This document shows positions 16,241-26,265 of a DNA stretch of 64,000 nucleotides, piece by piece. Numbering within the stretch: position 1 is the first letter of the stretch; each line of letters starts with the position of its first letter. The notes beneath the pieces are model-generated. The model had not been told where the DNA came from. It saw only the letters and a program-made list of their open reading frames with translations, and ran no database searches. Location of the stretch: positions 1 to 64,000 of IMG/VR virus record IMGVR_UViG_3300036818_000089. One strand, 5' to 3'. The DNA is from a virus. The position numbers were made by a program, and so were the translations under genes.

Positions 16241-16468
16241 CTACAGAGTCCACCCCCTAGGGGGATACACCACACTGTCATCCCCCCACTCCGGGGGCAC
16301 CCGCATCACCTCGTCGGCGACCGTGACCGCCAGGTGCTGGCCAGCAGGTGACTGGGGGCCGCGTTTGCCCGCCGCCTTCGCCACACCCGCCACCACGAGC
16401 CACATCAACAGCCACAACACCGCCGCAGAGACCAGCCACGGCCACCAATCGTGCACGAACACCTCCAC
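16241..16468 (-). CDS. small membrane protein
   Basis: N-terminal TM helix. Confidence 0.55.
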   Translation of the reverse strand: MEVFVHDWWPWLVSAAVLWLLMWLVVAGVAKAAGKRGPQSPAGQHLAVTVADEVMRVPPEWGDDSVVYPPRGWTL

Positions 16469-16469
16469 C

Positions 16470-16721
16470 TCACGAACCCCCTTCCGGGTCGATCACGACG
16501 GTGCACACCGGGCGACGCCAGTGATAGCCGACGGGTATGCCAACGGCGATGTCCAGCGCGAATCCGACACCAGCGGCGGCGAGGTGGGATCCGCTGGCCG
16601 CGACAACGTCCACGAGCAACGCCGCCAGGCACAGGGCCAGCAGCGCGAACGCCGCGGCGGCAGCGCGGGCTAACGCCACGACATCCGACGTGACACCCGA
16701 ACGGACATGGATGGTGCTCAC
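16470..16721 (-). CDS. small 2-TM membrane protein
   Basis: Two hydrophobic stretches. Confidence 0.5.
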   Translation of the reverse strand: MSTIHVRSGVTSDVVALARAAAAAFALLALCLAALLVDVVAASGSHLAAAGVGFALDIAVGIPVGYHWRRPVCTVVIDPEGGS

Positions 16722-16887
16722 AACCAGCCTCACAGGACATTGAGGCTGGCCGGACGCACACGGCCTGGGGGGAAGGACCGCGGCGCCCGGCCAGCGGGAA
16801 GCGGCACCCGGATCAACCAGGCCAGCGCCGCTCAGCCACAAGCGGACACAGGCCCTCACCAGGGCCGCGGGTAACAGGAGGGTCGGG

Positions 16888-17223
16888 TCAGGCGACGCGG
16901 CGGTAGCCGGCAGCGAACGCGGCCGCCGCGACCTGGACACCGATGCCGTCGGTCAGCACACGGCTCGGGCTGTCGGCGCCGGCGAGAGCGTCCGACGCGA
17001 CCTGTGCGAGTCCGATGACCTCGTCCCGGTAGTAGCCGACCTTCCCGCGGTGGTATTCACGCGGGTCGATCTGCTCGGTGCTGTCGTCGGCGTCGAAGCG
17101 CACGTGGTGGTCGGCGGGGCGGCCGCAGGTGGGGAAGGTGCAGCGGCCGCGGTCGTCGATGGCGGGTGCGGCGCCGAGGCATCGTTTGTCGGTAATCACG
17201 ATGCGGTCAAATACGGTGTCCAT
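16888..17223 (-). CDS. hypothetical protein
   Basis: ORF preceded by the CCGTCACCACA motif. Confidence 0.6.
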   Translation of the reverse strand: MDTVFDRIVITDKRCLGAAPAIDDRGRCTFPTCGRPADHHVRFDADDSTEQIDPREYHRGKVGYYRDEVIGLAQVASDALAGADSPSRVLTDGIGVQVAAAAFAAGYRRVA

Positions 17224-17332
17224 GTTTTGGCCTGCCTGGTCCGTGTGGTGACGGTTTGTACAGGCAGAACGCTACGCCCCGCACCCGACAGTGGCAACCA
17301 CCAATTTTAGGTCACATGACCGGCCACATGGC

Positions 17333-17367
17333 TTGCTGTCGCGAGCTAGAATCGTTAGCGTGACAAC
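17333..17367 (+). promoter_or_regulatory. Rightward promoter, probably leaderless, for Cro-like gene
   Basis: TTGCTG-17 nt-TAGCGT-6 nt-ATG. Confidence 0.5.
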
Positions 17368-17619
17368 ATGCCACCCAAGCCCGAACACGTCGCCAAGATC
17401 CGCGAGTGGACCACCCCCCGCGGCGGCGATCCGTCCCTCGCCAAGCAGTGGCGCGCAGCGGCCGGTCTGACCGCCACCAGCGCCGCCGGAGCGTTGGGGG
17501 TGGGCATACGGACACTCACCAGGTGGGAGACCGGCCGCGCGCAACCTCAAGGCCGCTACCTCGCCGACTACTACCGGTTCCTCAACCGGATCCGACCGAA
17601 GGAAGGTGAAAGCCAGTGA
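17368..17619 (+). CDS. Cro/XRE-like HTH protein
   Basis: WRAAAGLT...AAGALGVGIRTLTRWETGRAQP. Confidence 0.85.
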   Translation: MPPKPEHVAKIREWTTPRGGDPSLAKQWRAAAGLTATSAAGALGVGIRTLTRWETGRAQPQGRYLADYYRFLNRIRPKEGESQ

Positions 17620-18653
17620 CCGCTACGCTCCCGGCGCCGCGCGAGGAGGCGTGGGACTGCCCAGCCGCCACCCTGGTGTTGCCTGCGGACGCGCCCGAAG
17701 CCGAGTGGCTCGCCGCGCGCCGCCGCGGTCTGGGTGGGTCGGACGCCTCCACGATCGCCGGACTCGCCAACCCCAACTACACGAGCCTCTACACGCTGTG
17801 GATGGACAAGACCGGCCGCAGGAAGGCGGAACGGAGCACCCGGCAGATGCGCATGGGCAAACTGATGGAACCGGTGCTCGCGCAGCTGTTCACAGAGGAC
17901 ACCGGACTGGAGATCCGCAGGCAGGGGTTGATGCGGTCGAAGGCGCTTCCGTGGATGCAGGTCACCCTCGACGGGCTGACCAGCGACGGCGGGATCATGG
18001 AGTTCAAGACGACCAACTGGCGCACCGACGACGCCCGGATCTGGCTGGGCGGCGACATCCCCGACCACGCCGAGTGTCAGAGCCAGTGGGGCATGGCCGT
18101 CACCGGCCGGTCCCACTCGTATGCGATGGGCATGGTCGACAGCGGGTGGACGTACCAGTGGAAGCGGGTCGAGCGGGACGACCAGCTGATTGACCTGCTC
18201 ATCGAGATGGGGTACCGGTTGTGGCACCACCATGTCGTCCCGGACGTCGCCCCGCCGGTGGACTCGTCGGAAGCCACTCTGACTGCGCTGAAGGCGCTGT
18301 ATGGGCAGGCCGACGAGGGCACCGAGGCGACCGGTGACGCCGGTGTCCTGGCGAAGTACCTGGAGTGGCGAGTAGCGAAGGCGGATGAGGCTGATGGGCG
18401 TGCCCGAGCCAGGGATCTGGAAGGGGTGCTGATCGACGCGTTCGGCACGGCCGACCACCTTCTGGTGCAAGGCGAAGAGATCGCCTCCCGCAAGCAGAAC
18501 GGCAAGCTCATCGAGTCTGTGTTCCGCGAGCTGTACCCCGGCCTGGCCGCCGAGTGTGTCACCACCGCACTCGACGTCGATCGCATCAAGAAGGAACACC
18601 CAGCCGCCTATGCGGCGTGCAGGGCCCGCGTCCTGCGGCCCGTCAAGAAGTAG
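17616..18653 (+). CDS. YqaJ/lambda-exonuclease-family recombination nuclease
   Basis: EWLAARRRGLGGSD, TLDG, EFKT, Q.QW.M.VTG. Confidence 0.92.
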   Translation: MTATLPAPREEAWDCPAATLVLPADAPEAEWLAARRRGLGGSDASTIAGLANPNYTSLYTLWMDKTGRRKAERSTRQMRMGKLMEPVLAQLFTEDTGLEIRRQGLMRSKALPWMQVTLDGLTSDGGIMEFKTTNWRTDDARIWLGGDIPDHAECQSQWGMAVTGRSHSYAMGMVDSGWTYQWKRVERDDQLIDLLIEMGYRLWHHHVVPDVAPPVDSSEATLTALKALYGQADEGTEATGDAGVLAKYLEWRVAKADEADGRARARDLEGVLIDAFGTADHLLVQGEEIASRKQNGKLIESVFRELYPGLAAECVTTALDVDRIKKEHPAAYAACRARVLRPVKK

Positions 18654-18697
18654 CCCCATCCGTCACCACACGGTAAAGAACGGACAATCGAACAGTC

Positions 18698-19846
18698 ATG
18701 GCACAAGGCATGCGTGAGCGCGTCGAAGAACAGCGCGACCAGCAGCAGACCCCCAACCGCCCCGCGAGCCGGCCCAACCGCGGCGAACAGCGCCGCACCG
18801 ACGCCCAACGCGCCGCGTTCGTCCAGGCACCCACCATCCCCACGCTGAAGACCCGCAGGCCCACCGGTCGTGTCCCGCTGCCCCTCGTGCTGTGGGAGGG
18901 CGAGGAGAAGGCCGGGAAGTCCTGGGCGATCGCCGAACTCTCCGGCAACGAGCGTGTCGGCCGCACGTACTGGCTCGACGCCGGCGAAGGGTCCGCCGAC
19001 GAGTACGGCGCCGTCCCGGGCGCTGACTTCGAGATCATCGACCACGACGGCACGTGGGGCGACATCCTCGCCCAGGTCGAAGCCGTCCGCACGGTCGCCC
19101 AAGCCGCCGCTGCGGCCGGTGAACCCCCTGTGGTGCTGGCTATCGACTCAATGACCGACCTGTGGGAGATGCTCACCGTCTGGGCCTATGAGAGAGCAGC
19201 CCGGACCGACTCGAACAAGGCCAAGCTGGCGAAGAACCGCGACGCCGAGGTCACCGTGCACCCGACTTTCTGGAATGCAGCGAACCGGCGCCACGACCGG
19301 CTGATGACGATGCTGCGCGCGTTCCCCGGGATCGTGGTCATGACCGCGCTCGGCAAGGAGGTCGCGGTCATGGACGACCGGGGCAACCCGATCGAGGGCC
19401 GCAAGGAGTATCGGGTCGAGGCGCAGAAGAAGGTCGCCGCGAAAGCGTCGCTGTGGGTGCGGGTGTCGCGCACCGAGGAGCCGCTGGTGATCGGGGCCCG
19501 GTCGGTGAAGCACGGCGTGCGGCCCGGGAAAGATCGGCCGAAGCCGGCGCCCGGTCTCACCCTGGCCGGGGCGATCTTCGACGTGCTGGGCTGCGACCCG
19601 GCCACCGCCACCGTGCGGGATGTCCGCGAACTCACCCCGGACGACGGCCAGGAACAGCTCGCCGCGGCCCGTGACGCCGTGTGGGAGTCCGCGCAGGAGC
19701 TCGGCTGGGACAGCGGCCAGTTGGAGGCCGATTACGTCTCCTGGTGCAAGGAACCGATCCGGGGGGCCACCGCGCAGGACCTGGACAACTACTTCGACCA
19801 GATGCCGGTGCCCGACCACGGAGACGGTGAGGGGGCGCAGCAGTGA
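18698..19846 (+). CDS. AAA ATPase, Sak4-like single-strand annealing recombinase
   Basis: Walker A GEEKAGKS, Walker B LAIDS; adjacent to YqaJ. Confidence 0.75.
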   Translation: MAQGMRERVEEQRDQQQTPNRPASRPNRGEQRRTDAQRAAFVQAPTIPTLKTRRPTGRVPLPLVLWEGEEKAGKSWAIAELSGNERVGRTYWLDAGEGSADEYGAVPGADFEIIDHDGTWGDILAQVEAVRTVAQAAAAAGEPPVVLAIDSMTDLWEMLTVWAYERAARTDSNKAKLAKNRDAEVTVHPTFWNAANRRHDRLMTMLRAFPGIVVMTALGKEVAVMDDRGNPIEGRKEYRVEAQKKVAAKASLWVRVSRTEEPLVIGARSVKHGVRPGKDRPKPAPGLTLAGAIFDVLGCDPATATVRDVRELTPDDGQEQLAAARDAVWESAQELGWDSGQLEADYVSWCKEPIRGATAQDLDNYFDQMPVPDHGDGEGAQQ

Positions 19847-20217
19847 ATGGGTGCCCCGAAGTGCGAGAAAGGTCGTCCGGTGTGTCGCGTCTACCCGTGT
19901 GGCAAGCATGCGCGTCGGGTGTGACATCTCACGAGCTCCCCGCGCCGCCGCTGAGCAACCGGCGCGTCGAACCGACCGTCGCCGAACTGGTCGGCCAGGT
20001 GCACCGCACCGGTCTCGCCGCGAGTGACGTCCGCATCCTCCAGTTGATCGCGGACGGCCACCGCTACAGCGAGATCGGTCGGCTGGTGCACCTGTCGGCC
20101 AGCGCGGTCGGCAAGCATGCCCGCGCGATCACCGAACGGCTCGGCGGCCGGAACCTGACCCACGCTGTAGCCATCGCCTACCGGTGCGGGCTGCTGACCG
20201 CGGCGGAGGTGGCCTGA
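19843..20217 (+). CDS. LuxR-type HTH protein
   Basis: ILQLIADG...EIG...LS...V..H...I..RLG..N.THAVAIAYR.GLL. Confidence 0.85.
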   Translation: MNGCPEVRERSSGVSRLPVWQACASGVTSHELPAPPLSNRRVEPTVAELVGQVHRTGLAASDVRILQLIADGHRYSEIGRLVHLSASAVGKHARAITERLGGRNLTHAVAIAYRCGLLTAAEVA

Positions 20218-20338
20218 TGGGTAAGCGACGCTTCTACCTACCCCGTCATCTCGGCCGCGGGTGGCTTGTCCTGCTGTACGTGGCGGTCGGGCTGGCCACC
20301 GCGACGATCACCGCTGTCCTGATGTCTGGAGGTTCCCG

Positions 20339-21418
20339 GTGAGCACCGGAATCGAGTGGACCGACGAGACGTGGAACCCAACCACCGGATGTGACCGGGT
20401 CTCCCCCGGCTGCGACCACTGCTACGCCTTGACCATGGCGAAGCGGCTCAAAGGCATGGGGTCGTCGAAGTACCAGACCGACGGCGACCCGCGCACCAGC
20501 GGCCCAGGGTTCGGTGTCGCCGTGCACCCGGGGTCGCTGGACGCGCCGCTGCACTGGCGGAAGCCGCGACGGATCTTCGTCAACTCCATGGCCGACCTGT
20601 TCCACGACAAGGTGTCGGACGAGTTCATCGCCGACGTGTTCGCCGTGATGGCGCTGGCCAGCCAGCACACGTTCCAGGTGCTCACCAAACGCCACGCGAG
20701 GATGCGGAACCTGCTGTCGCGGGCTTCGTTCGTCGAGATGGTCGCCGACCGCGTGCAGGTCCGAGACGGGATCTCCTCGCGCGACATCGCCAGTTGGCCG
20801 CTTCCGAACGTGTGGCTGGGTGTGAGCGTCGAGAACCAGCCGTGGGCGGACATCCGCATCCCGGCGCTGCTCGACACGCCGGCAGCGGTGCGGTGGCTGT
20901 CCTGTGAGCCGCTGCTGAGCCCGGTCGACCTGACCAGATGGCTGCACGAGTCGACGTGCGCACTGGCCACGGAGGGGATGTGCACCTGCTTCGAGCCGCG
21001 TGAAGTGCGCCCGGACTGGGTTGTGGTGGGCGGCGAGTCCGGGCCTGGCGCGCGGCCGATGCATCCAGACTGGGCCCGGTCGTTGCGTGATCAGTGCCAG
21101 GCCGCTGACCTGCCATTTCTGTTCAAACAGTGGGGTGATTGGGGACCGGCGCCGTGGGCGATCCGGATCTGCGACCCCGCTGTCGGATGGCAGGGCACCG
21201 AGGAGGAGTTGGAGGCTGCGAAGCGGGACGCGGAGGCGCATGCGGCGACTCACCTGATCCAGCCTTGGGGGCACCTGCACCGGCCGGTGCACAAGGCGTG
21301 GTCGATGGAGCGTGACGTGGTCGGTGACTACCCGGGTGCGATCCGCAGGTGGGGTAAGGGCGCTGCTGGTCGGGTGCTGGACGGGCGTACGTGGGATGGG
21401 TACCCGGCGGTGGGTTGA
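20339..21418 (+). CDS. DUF5131 (phage Gp37/Gp68) radical-SAM-like protein
   Basis: IEWTDETWNPTTGC..VSPGCDHCYA, FVNSMADLFH, LTKR, WVVVGGESG, FLFKQWG. Confidence 0.92.
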   Translation: MSTGIEWTDETWNPTTGCDRVSPGCDHCYALTMAKRLKGMGSSKYQTDGDPRTSGPGFGVAVHPGSLDAPLHWRKPRRIFVNSMADLFHDKVSDEFIADVFAVMALASQHTFQVLTKRHARMRNLLSRASFVEMVADRVQVRDGISSRDIASWPLPNVWLGVSVENQPWADIRIPALLDTPAAVRWLSCEPLLSPVDLTRWLHESTCALATEGMCTCFEPREVRPDWVVVGGESGPGARPMHPDWARSLRDQCQAADLPFLFKQWGDWGPAPWAIRICDPAVGWQGTEEELEAAKRDAEAHAATHLIQPWGHLHRPVHKAWSMERDVVGDYPGAIRRWGKGAAGRVLDGRTWDGYPAVG

Positions 21419-21433
21419 CAGGTTGTTCGCCGC

Positions 21434-21474
21434 GATTAGGGGGACGTTTGCATGATGCAAACGTCCCCCTAATC
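21434..21474. repeat. Perfect 41-bp palindrome (20-bp arms); terminator or protein-binding site
   Basis: GATTAGGGGGACGTTTGCAT-G-ATGCAAACGTCCCCCTAATC. Confidence 0.9.
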
Positions 21475-21627
21475 CGTTTGGGGGGAGTCGTCTACCCAAC
21501 GGAGGTAACAGCTGCAGTCGCCTTGACGACGAACCACAGAGGACAGACCGTGAACCGGTAGCGCGAGCTGTGACCAGCGGCGACGCGTCCTCGAACGACC
21601 ACAACTCAACATCGAGAGGAGTCGGTC

Positions 21628-22707
21628 ATGTGTAGTGACATGCCGACACCCCGCGTAGCTGCCCGCCAACAGTTGCGCATCGTGGGGTCACCCCACCGGG
21701 CAGCCGCGAGGCCACCCGCAGGGCCGTTCGACCGCGGCGCGTGCGGCGCCACCCGCCATGGGGACTATCTGGCGTACTCGAACCATGGATGTTTGTGTCC
21801 GGATGCGCGGTGGGACATGCGCTGCTACCGGGCGGCGTGCGCTGGGCGTGGGCTGGGTGTGGTGGTCGACGGGGTAGGCGCCGAGCGTCGGTTGCGGGGG
21901 CTTGCCCGGCAGTGGTGGGCTACCACGGACCTGTCCGCGCGGGCTCGGCTGCGTCCGCAGACGTTGTGGATGATCCGTGCTGGTGGTCGGCTGCGGGTGA
22001 AGGCCAGCACGCACCGGCAGATCGCGGACACGGCTGTTCATTTGGCGTGTGAGTCGGGCCGTTCGGGGCCTGCGTGGCGCAGCGCGCGGGATCATGCCTG
22101 GTTCCCGCAGGACGCGTGGGGTGCGTGGATCGATGATCCGTGTGCGCGACCGTATGGGGGGCATCGGCGCCGGTTGGAGGCGTTGGCGCGGTCTGGGTGG
22201 CCGTTGTGGGCGATTCATGCGGCTCACCCGGCGGTGTCGGTTGAGGATCTTGTGGAGATTTGGTTTGGGCGGCCGGCGTCGGTGGGTGCTGGTGTTGGTG
22301 TTGTGTGCGCGTATGAGGCGTTGTCGATGTCGCCGGGCCCGTCGGTTGAGTGTCGGGATTGGGCGATTTTCCGTCGTTTTGCTCCCGCTTTGGCGTGGGA
22401 TGACGACGACATCGACAACCCATTCGCCGTCGCATCTGTCGACGGGCCGGCGCTGGAAGATGAGGGCTGGGTGGATCCGATCATGGTGGAGCGGCTGCGG
22501 CTCGGGGTGAGTCATTTGGGTCCGTGGACGATTCCGCAGCGCCAGTGGCTTGTCGCGGACTTGACGGACCGGGGCCGGTCAGCTGCGGAGATCGTCAAGT
22601 TGTTGGGGGTGTCCGTTCGAACTGTGGAACGTGACCGCGCCGTTATTCAGTCGGGCCATTTGAGACAGGGGTGCCCGGCCCTGGGATCAGCGGTAATGGC
22701 TAGTTGA
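21628..22707 (+). CDS. actinophage HTH-repeat DNA-binding protein
   Basis: Repeated RRL.(G/A)L modules, W.DDDID.P, C-terminal HTH (SAAEIVKLLGVSVRTVERDR); AGGAG RBS. Confidence 0.65.
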   Translation: MCSDMPTPRVAARQQLRIVGSPHRAAARPPAGPFDRGACGATRHGDYLAYSNHGCLCPDARWDMRCYRAACAGRGLGVVVDGVGAERRLRGLARQWWATTDLSARARLRPQTLWMIRAGGRLRVKASTHRQIADTAVHLACESGRSGPAWRSARDHAWFPQDAWGAWIDDPCARPYGGHRRRLEALARSGWPLWAIHAAHPAVSVEDLVEIWFGRPASVGAGVGVVCAYEALSMSPGPSVECRDWAIFRRFAPALAWDDDDIDNPFAVASVDGPALEDEGWVDPIMVERLRLGVSHLGPWTIPQRQWLVADLTDRGRSAAEIVKLLGVSVRTVERDRAVIQSGHLRQGCPALGSAVMAS

Positions 22708-23351
22708 CATTTTGGTGACACCAAAGTTCCCATTTTTAGGACACGGGCGTTTTGGTGTAGATGCGTGCGTCCCGACCATCAACCAGCACGTTCCGTAGTA
22801 CGGTCGCGGACGCGCCAACCTCACGGTGACCACGTGGTCACCGTGTCGCCAAGGACGGCCGCAAGTCAGTTGGTGACGCACAGTCGAAATCCGTAGGGGC
22901 AGATCGACTGGCCGCGAACACCGACACCCCGATCCGCCGCCCCCCGGCGGATCACCGGGGCGCCGGCCGGGGGGTGGTAGTGCACCCTCCGGCCGGCTGC
23001 ACCCCTCCCTCAACCGCCAAGCTGTGACAAGGGTGCGCCCGCCATAGTTGCGCATCCGGCAGCGGATTACACGACCAACCTGGGTGTTGTGACCGGAACA
23101 GTGGCGGCTGGCCACCTCCGGCGACACCCATCCGGCCTATCCGATGGACTAAATGGCCGCTTTGGGTGCTCTTGTCTACCTGCCTGCACCATCAGGGGCA
23201 CCGAGCAACGGCACGCAGCACCCGTCCAGACGACTCGAAACCGCCCGACCCGTAGCACACAGTCACACCCACACCGCATACGCGGCCCATCACCCACGCC
23301 ACCACACAAAACATCTATACCCACCCAGGGTACCCGTGGCACCCTTAGCAC

Positions 23352-23627
23352 ATGCTGGAGTGGCGAGCAACCCCCGCCCCGGGCACAGGCAAAGTCCTCC
23401 GCTGGACACCAGCCGGCCCGGAGCTCGTCGGCACATCCCCCCTCCGAGTCGCCTGCCCCGTCGAATCCTGCCGGGCCGCCATCGGCGAACACTGCCGCCG
23501 GCCAGTCCCACGCCGTGGCCGCATCCGCTGCACCACCCACCAGCCGCGCATCGACGACGCAGCGGCGCTGACCGACGACCCCGTGCACCAGCCCGGCAGA
23601 CCAGCGCCGCAGCGAATCTCGGCCTAA
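23352..23627 (+). CDS. phage zinc-finger protein
   Basis: CP..SC.A.IG..C...H.PR. Confidence 0.65.
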   Translation: MLEWRATPAPGTGKVLRWTPAGPELVGTSPLRVACPVESCRAAIGEHCRRPVPRRGRIRCTTHQPRIDDAAALTDDPVHQPGRPAPQRISA

Positions 23628-23758
23628 CCCACCCGGCCGCGCCTCGTTGACCAGCCCCACCTGTGGTGCCAAAATCTTGGCTACCACAGACAGAACGGGG
23701 CCATTGCTATGCCCAAATACGGTGCGCCCGTACGCGCCCGAACCCGCCAGACGATCGC

Positions 23759-24121
23759 ATGACCGGGCCCGCACGCAGCGCACCCGGCCCACACGACACC
23801 GCGATCCTCAACCTCATCGCCGGCAAACAATCCCTCGCCGCCATCTACCAGGCCGGCGGCGGCCGGTGGAACAGCCTCGACGTCGCCGACGTCCTACACC
23901 GCTACCAGCTCACCATCAACCAGGGCGGCTCGATCGTCCGCGCCGACGTGCCCGCCGACCGGGTCCTGTCCGCTGGGCTGCGATCGACCAACCAGAAGAT
24001 CCGCAGCACAGCGCTGCGGGCCGAGCAGATGCTCATCGCACTGTCCCGCGAGCTGGGTGCTGAGTCCGCGCGCGCCCAGTTGCGGGTGCTGCGGGAAGGC
24101 AACGCCGGGGGTGGCCGGTGA
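23759..24121 (+). CDS. hypothetical protein
   Basis: ORF coupled to the HNH gene. Confidence 0.55.
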   Translation: MTGPARSAPGPHDTAILNLIAGKQSLAAIYQAGGGRWNSLDVADVLHRYQLTINQGGSIVRADVPADRVLSAGLRSTNQKIRSTALRAEQMLIALSRELGAESARAQLRVLREGNAGGGR

Positions 24122-24660
24122 GGCGCTCCGGGCCGCTCCCCCGCCGCACCGAACTCAAGCGGACGACCGAACTGCCGCGCGGTGTCGACCTGGTGCGGGT
24201 CACACCGCTGCGCCAGCGCGCTGTGCCGGCCACGCCCCACGCGAAACTCGCCGCGTCCGCCGAACGGGCCGCCGAGAAACTGGCCCGCGAGATCGTGGGT
24301 GAGCGGTCCGGGGGCTGGTGCGAGATCCGCATCCCCGGCGAATGCCTGGGCCGCATGTCGAACTGGTGCCACCGGATCGCCGAAGGCCAGGGCGGCCGGT
24401 GGCTCGCCTCCAACGGCGTCGGCGGGTGCGGCTCAGGCACCACCGGCTGCCACGGCTGGACCCACCGCAACCCGGCGCTGGCCGAGGCGCACGGCTGGAT
24501 CGTCGCCCCGACCTACCAGGTCGTCGATGGCCTGCGTGTCCGGCTGGACGCTGACGCGTTCCCCGCCTACCTGTGGCGGCCCGGATCCTCGGCGCCGGAC
24601 TGGATGTGGCTGGACAACCACGGCGGCGCGGTGACCGTGGACCAGGTCGACGCGGTTTGA
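24118..24660 (+). CDS. HNH-like endonuclease
   Basis: RSGGWCE...C...HR...GG...SN...CGSGTTGCHGW.H. Confidence 0.75.
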   Translation: MRRSGPLPRRTELKRTTELPRGVDLVRVTPLRQRAVPATPHAKLAASAERAAEKLAREIVGERSGGWCEIRIPGECLGRMSNWCHRIAEGQGGRWLASNGVGGCGSGTTGCHGWTHRNPALAEAHGWIVAPTYQVVDGLRVRLDADAFPAYLWRPGSSAPDWMWLDNHGGAVTVDQVDAV

Positions 24661-24774
24661 ACTGGTGGAGATCGTCCAGCGGGACGGTGACCTGTGGCTC
24701 GTCTGACCCGGGGCGCCGCGACTGGCGGACCCCTTCGGAGGATCAGATGGTGCAGAACTGGACGGAGAAGCAGC

Positions 24775-24966
24775 GTGGGTGACTTCGTGACGACGATCGG
24801 CGTGATCCACGAACCAGGCACACCGGCAGAGCAGCGGGACGCCATCATCCGTGTCGCGCGCCGGTTCCCGCTCACCAGTCAACGGGCGGAACGGCGTCAC
24901 GTGCTGGAAGTGCTGGGTCTGCTGGATCGGATCCCGGACCTGTTCGACGTCCAGAACATCGAGTAG
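24775..24966 (+). CDS. small hypothetical protein
   Basis: ORF with GGAG upstream. Confidence 0.45.
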   Translation: MGDFVTTIGVIHEPGTPAEQRDAIIRVARRFPLTSQRAERRHVLEVLGLLDRIPDLFDVQNIE

Positions 24967-25094
24967 CCGCACCGGCCCGCTCGTCAGCGGAGAGCCCCCG
25001 AGATTGGGGTGCTCTCCGCTGTTCTGTGTGCCGACATGCCGGACGGCGGTCGCCGGGTGGGAACGTTTAACGTTTGTGCGATAGCGTTCCCGCC

Positions 25095-25337
25095 ATGCCG
25101 CGACAAGCCCCCTCACCTGCGTGTGTGTCGCACTCTGACCGCCGTGATCGGCTGCTCGGCTTCCGGGTGTCCGCGCAATGGCTGGCCCGCTGGCACCGCG
25201 AACTGGCCCGGATCAAAGCCGACACGGGTATCCATCCGCGCGCCCTGTCGCTGATCGTGCTCGACGTGCTGCGTGACTCGGTGCCAGCGATCCGGGCCCG
25301 CGCGATCAGCGAGTCCGATGTGTCCTCGCCACCCTGA
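25095..25337 (+). CDS. small hypothetical, possible ribbon-helix-helix protein
   Basis: Strand-helix-helix pattern LLGFRVS...; upstream of parA. Confidence 0.4.
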   Translation: MPRQAPSPACVSHSDRRDRLLGFRVSAQWLARWHRELARIKADTGIHPRALSLIVLDVLRDSVPAIRARAISESDVSSPP

Positions 25338-25345
25338 CATTTGCT

Positions 25346-25404
25346 GTGCACTTGTGCACAAGTGCACCTGTTGTGTCCGCCCGTGTACTTGTGCACAAGT
25401 ACAC
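25346..25404. promoter_or_regulatory. Two perfect 22-bp palindromes upstream of parA (parS/operator candidate)
   Basis: GTGCACTTGTGCACAAGTGCAC (25346-25367) and GTGTACTTGTGCACAAGTACAC (25383-25404). Confidence 0.8.
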
Positions 25405-25425
25405 ATAGATGGGAGACCACCGCCC

Positions 25426-26265
25426 ATGGCACGCAGATACGCGTTCTGCAACAACAAGGGCGGTGTCGGGAAATCCACCGAGGTCACCGACACCGCCGCC
25501 GCGCTCGCCATGCGAGACCGCAACGTCCTCGTCGTCGACTTCGACCCACAAGCCGACGCCAGCCGCCGCATGGGATTCGAGGTCAACACTGACGAGGACT
25601 GCGACACCATCGCCGACGTCATCCGCGAAGTGCACTCCAGTCGCGGCGGCGCCGTGAAAGAAGGTCTAGCGGCGAAGGTCATCCAGCAATGCCGCTGGCA
25701 GTTGCCCTACGCGCCGCGGATCCACTTCATTCCCTCCCGGTTCGACCTGGAAGACAGCGCCGCCGACACCAGCAGCGCGAATTCGTTCTTCCGGCTCGCC
25801 GACGCGCTCAAGGGCGTCGACGACCAGTACGACTACTGCCTGATCGACCTGCCGCCGTCGCTCGGCCCGCTCGCGCAGATGGGTTGGGCAGCGTGCGGAG
25901 ACCGCCAGGACGGGTTGATCGTCGTCACCCAGCCCACGTTCCCCGCGATCCGCGGTGCACGCCGCACCGTCGAACGGGTCTACGCCCGACGTTCCCGGCT
26001 GGACGTGCCCGACCTCGACGTCGTCGGCGCGGTCATCAACATGACCCGAAACACCCGCCACCACGCCCAACGCATCGCCGAGATCCGCAGCCTGTTCGGT
26101 GATCGGGTGTGGGTCGAGCAGCCGATGCGCACCGCGTTCTCCGAGCAGGACGACAAGAGCCTGCCCATCACCGCATTGCCGCCTGGCTACCCGGACCGGG
26201 AGGCCCTGTCTCGGATACCGGCGATCGTCGCCGACAAACTGATCGAGCGTGGAGAGGCAGCATGA
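25426..26265 (+). CDS. parA: ParA partition ATPase (no N-terminal HTH; type Ib-like)
   Basis: NNKGGVGKST, VLVVDFDPQAD, LIDLPPSLG. Confidence 0.93.
   Translation: MARRYAFCNNKGGVGKSTEVTDTAAALAMRDRNVLVVDFDPQADASRRMGFEVNTDEDCDTIADVIREVHSSRGGAVKEGLAAKVIQQCRWQLPYAPRIHFIPSRFDLEDSAADTSSANSFFRLADALKGVDDQYDYCLIDLPPSLGPLAQMGWAACGDRQDGLIVVTQPTFPAIRGARRTVERVYARRSRLDVPDLDVVGAVINMTRNTRHHAQRIAEIRSLFGDRVWVEQPMRTAFSEQDDKSLPITALPPGYPDREALSRIPAIVADKLIERGEAA

Noticed and set aside
21434-21474. Definite telRL hairpin-telomere site
   Set aside because: No protelomerase gene visible; position just after a stop codon fits a terminator
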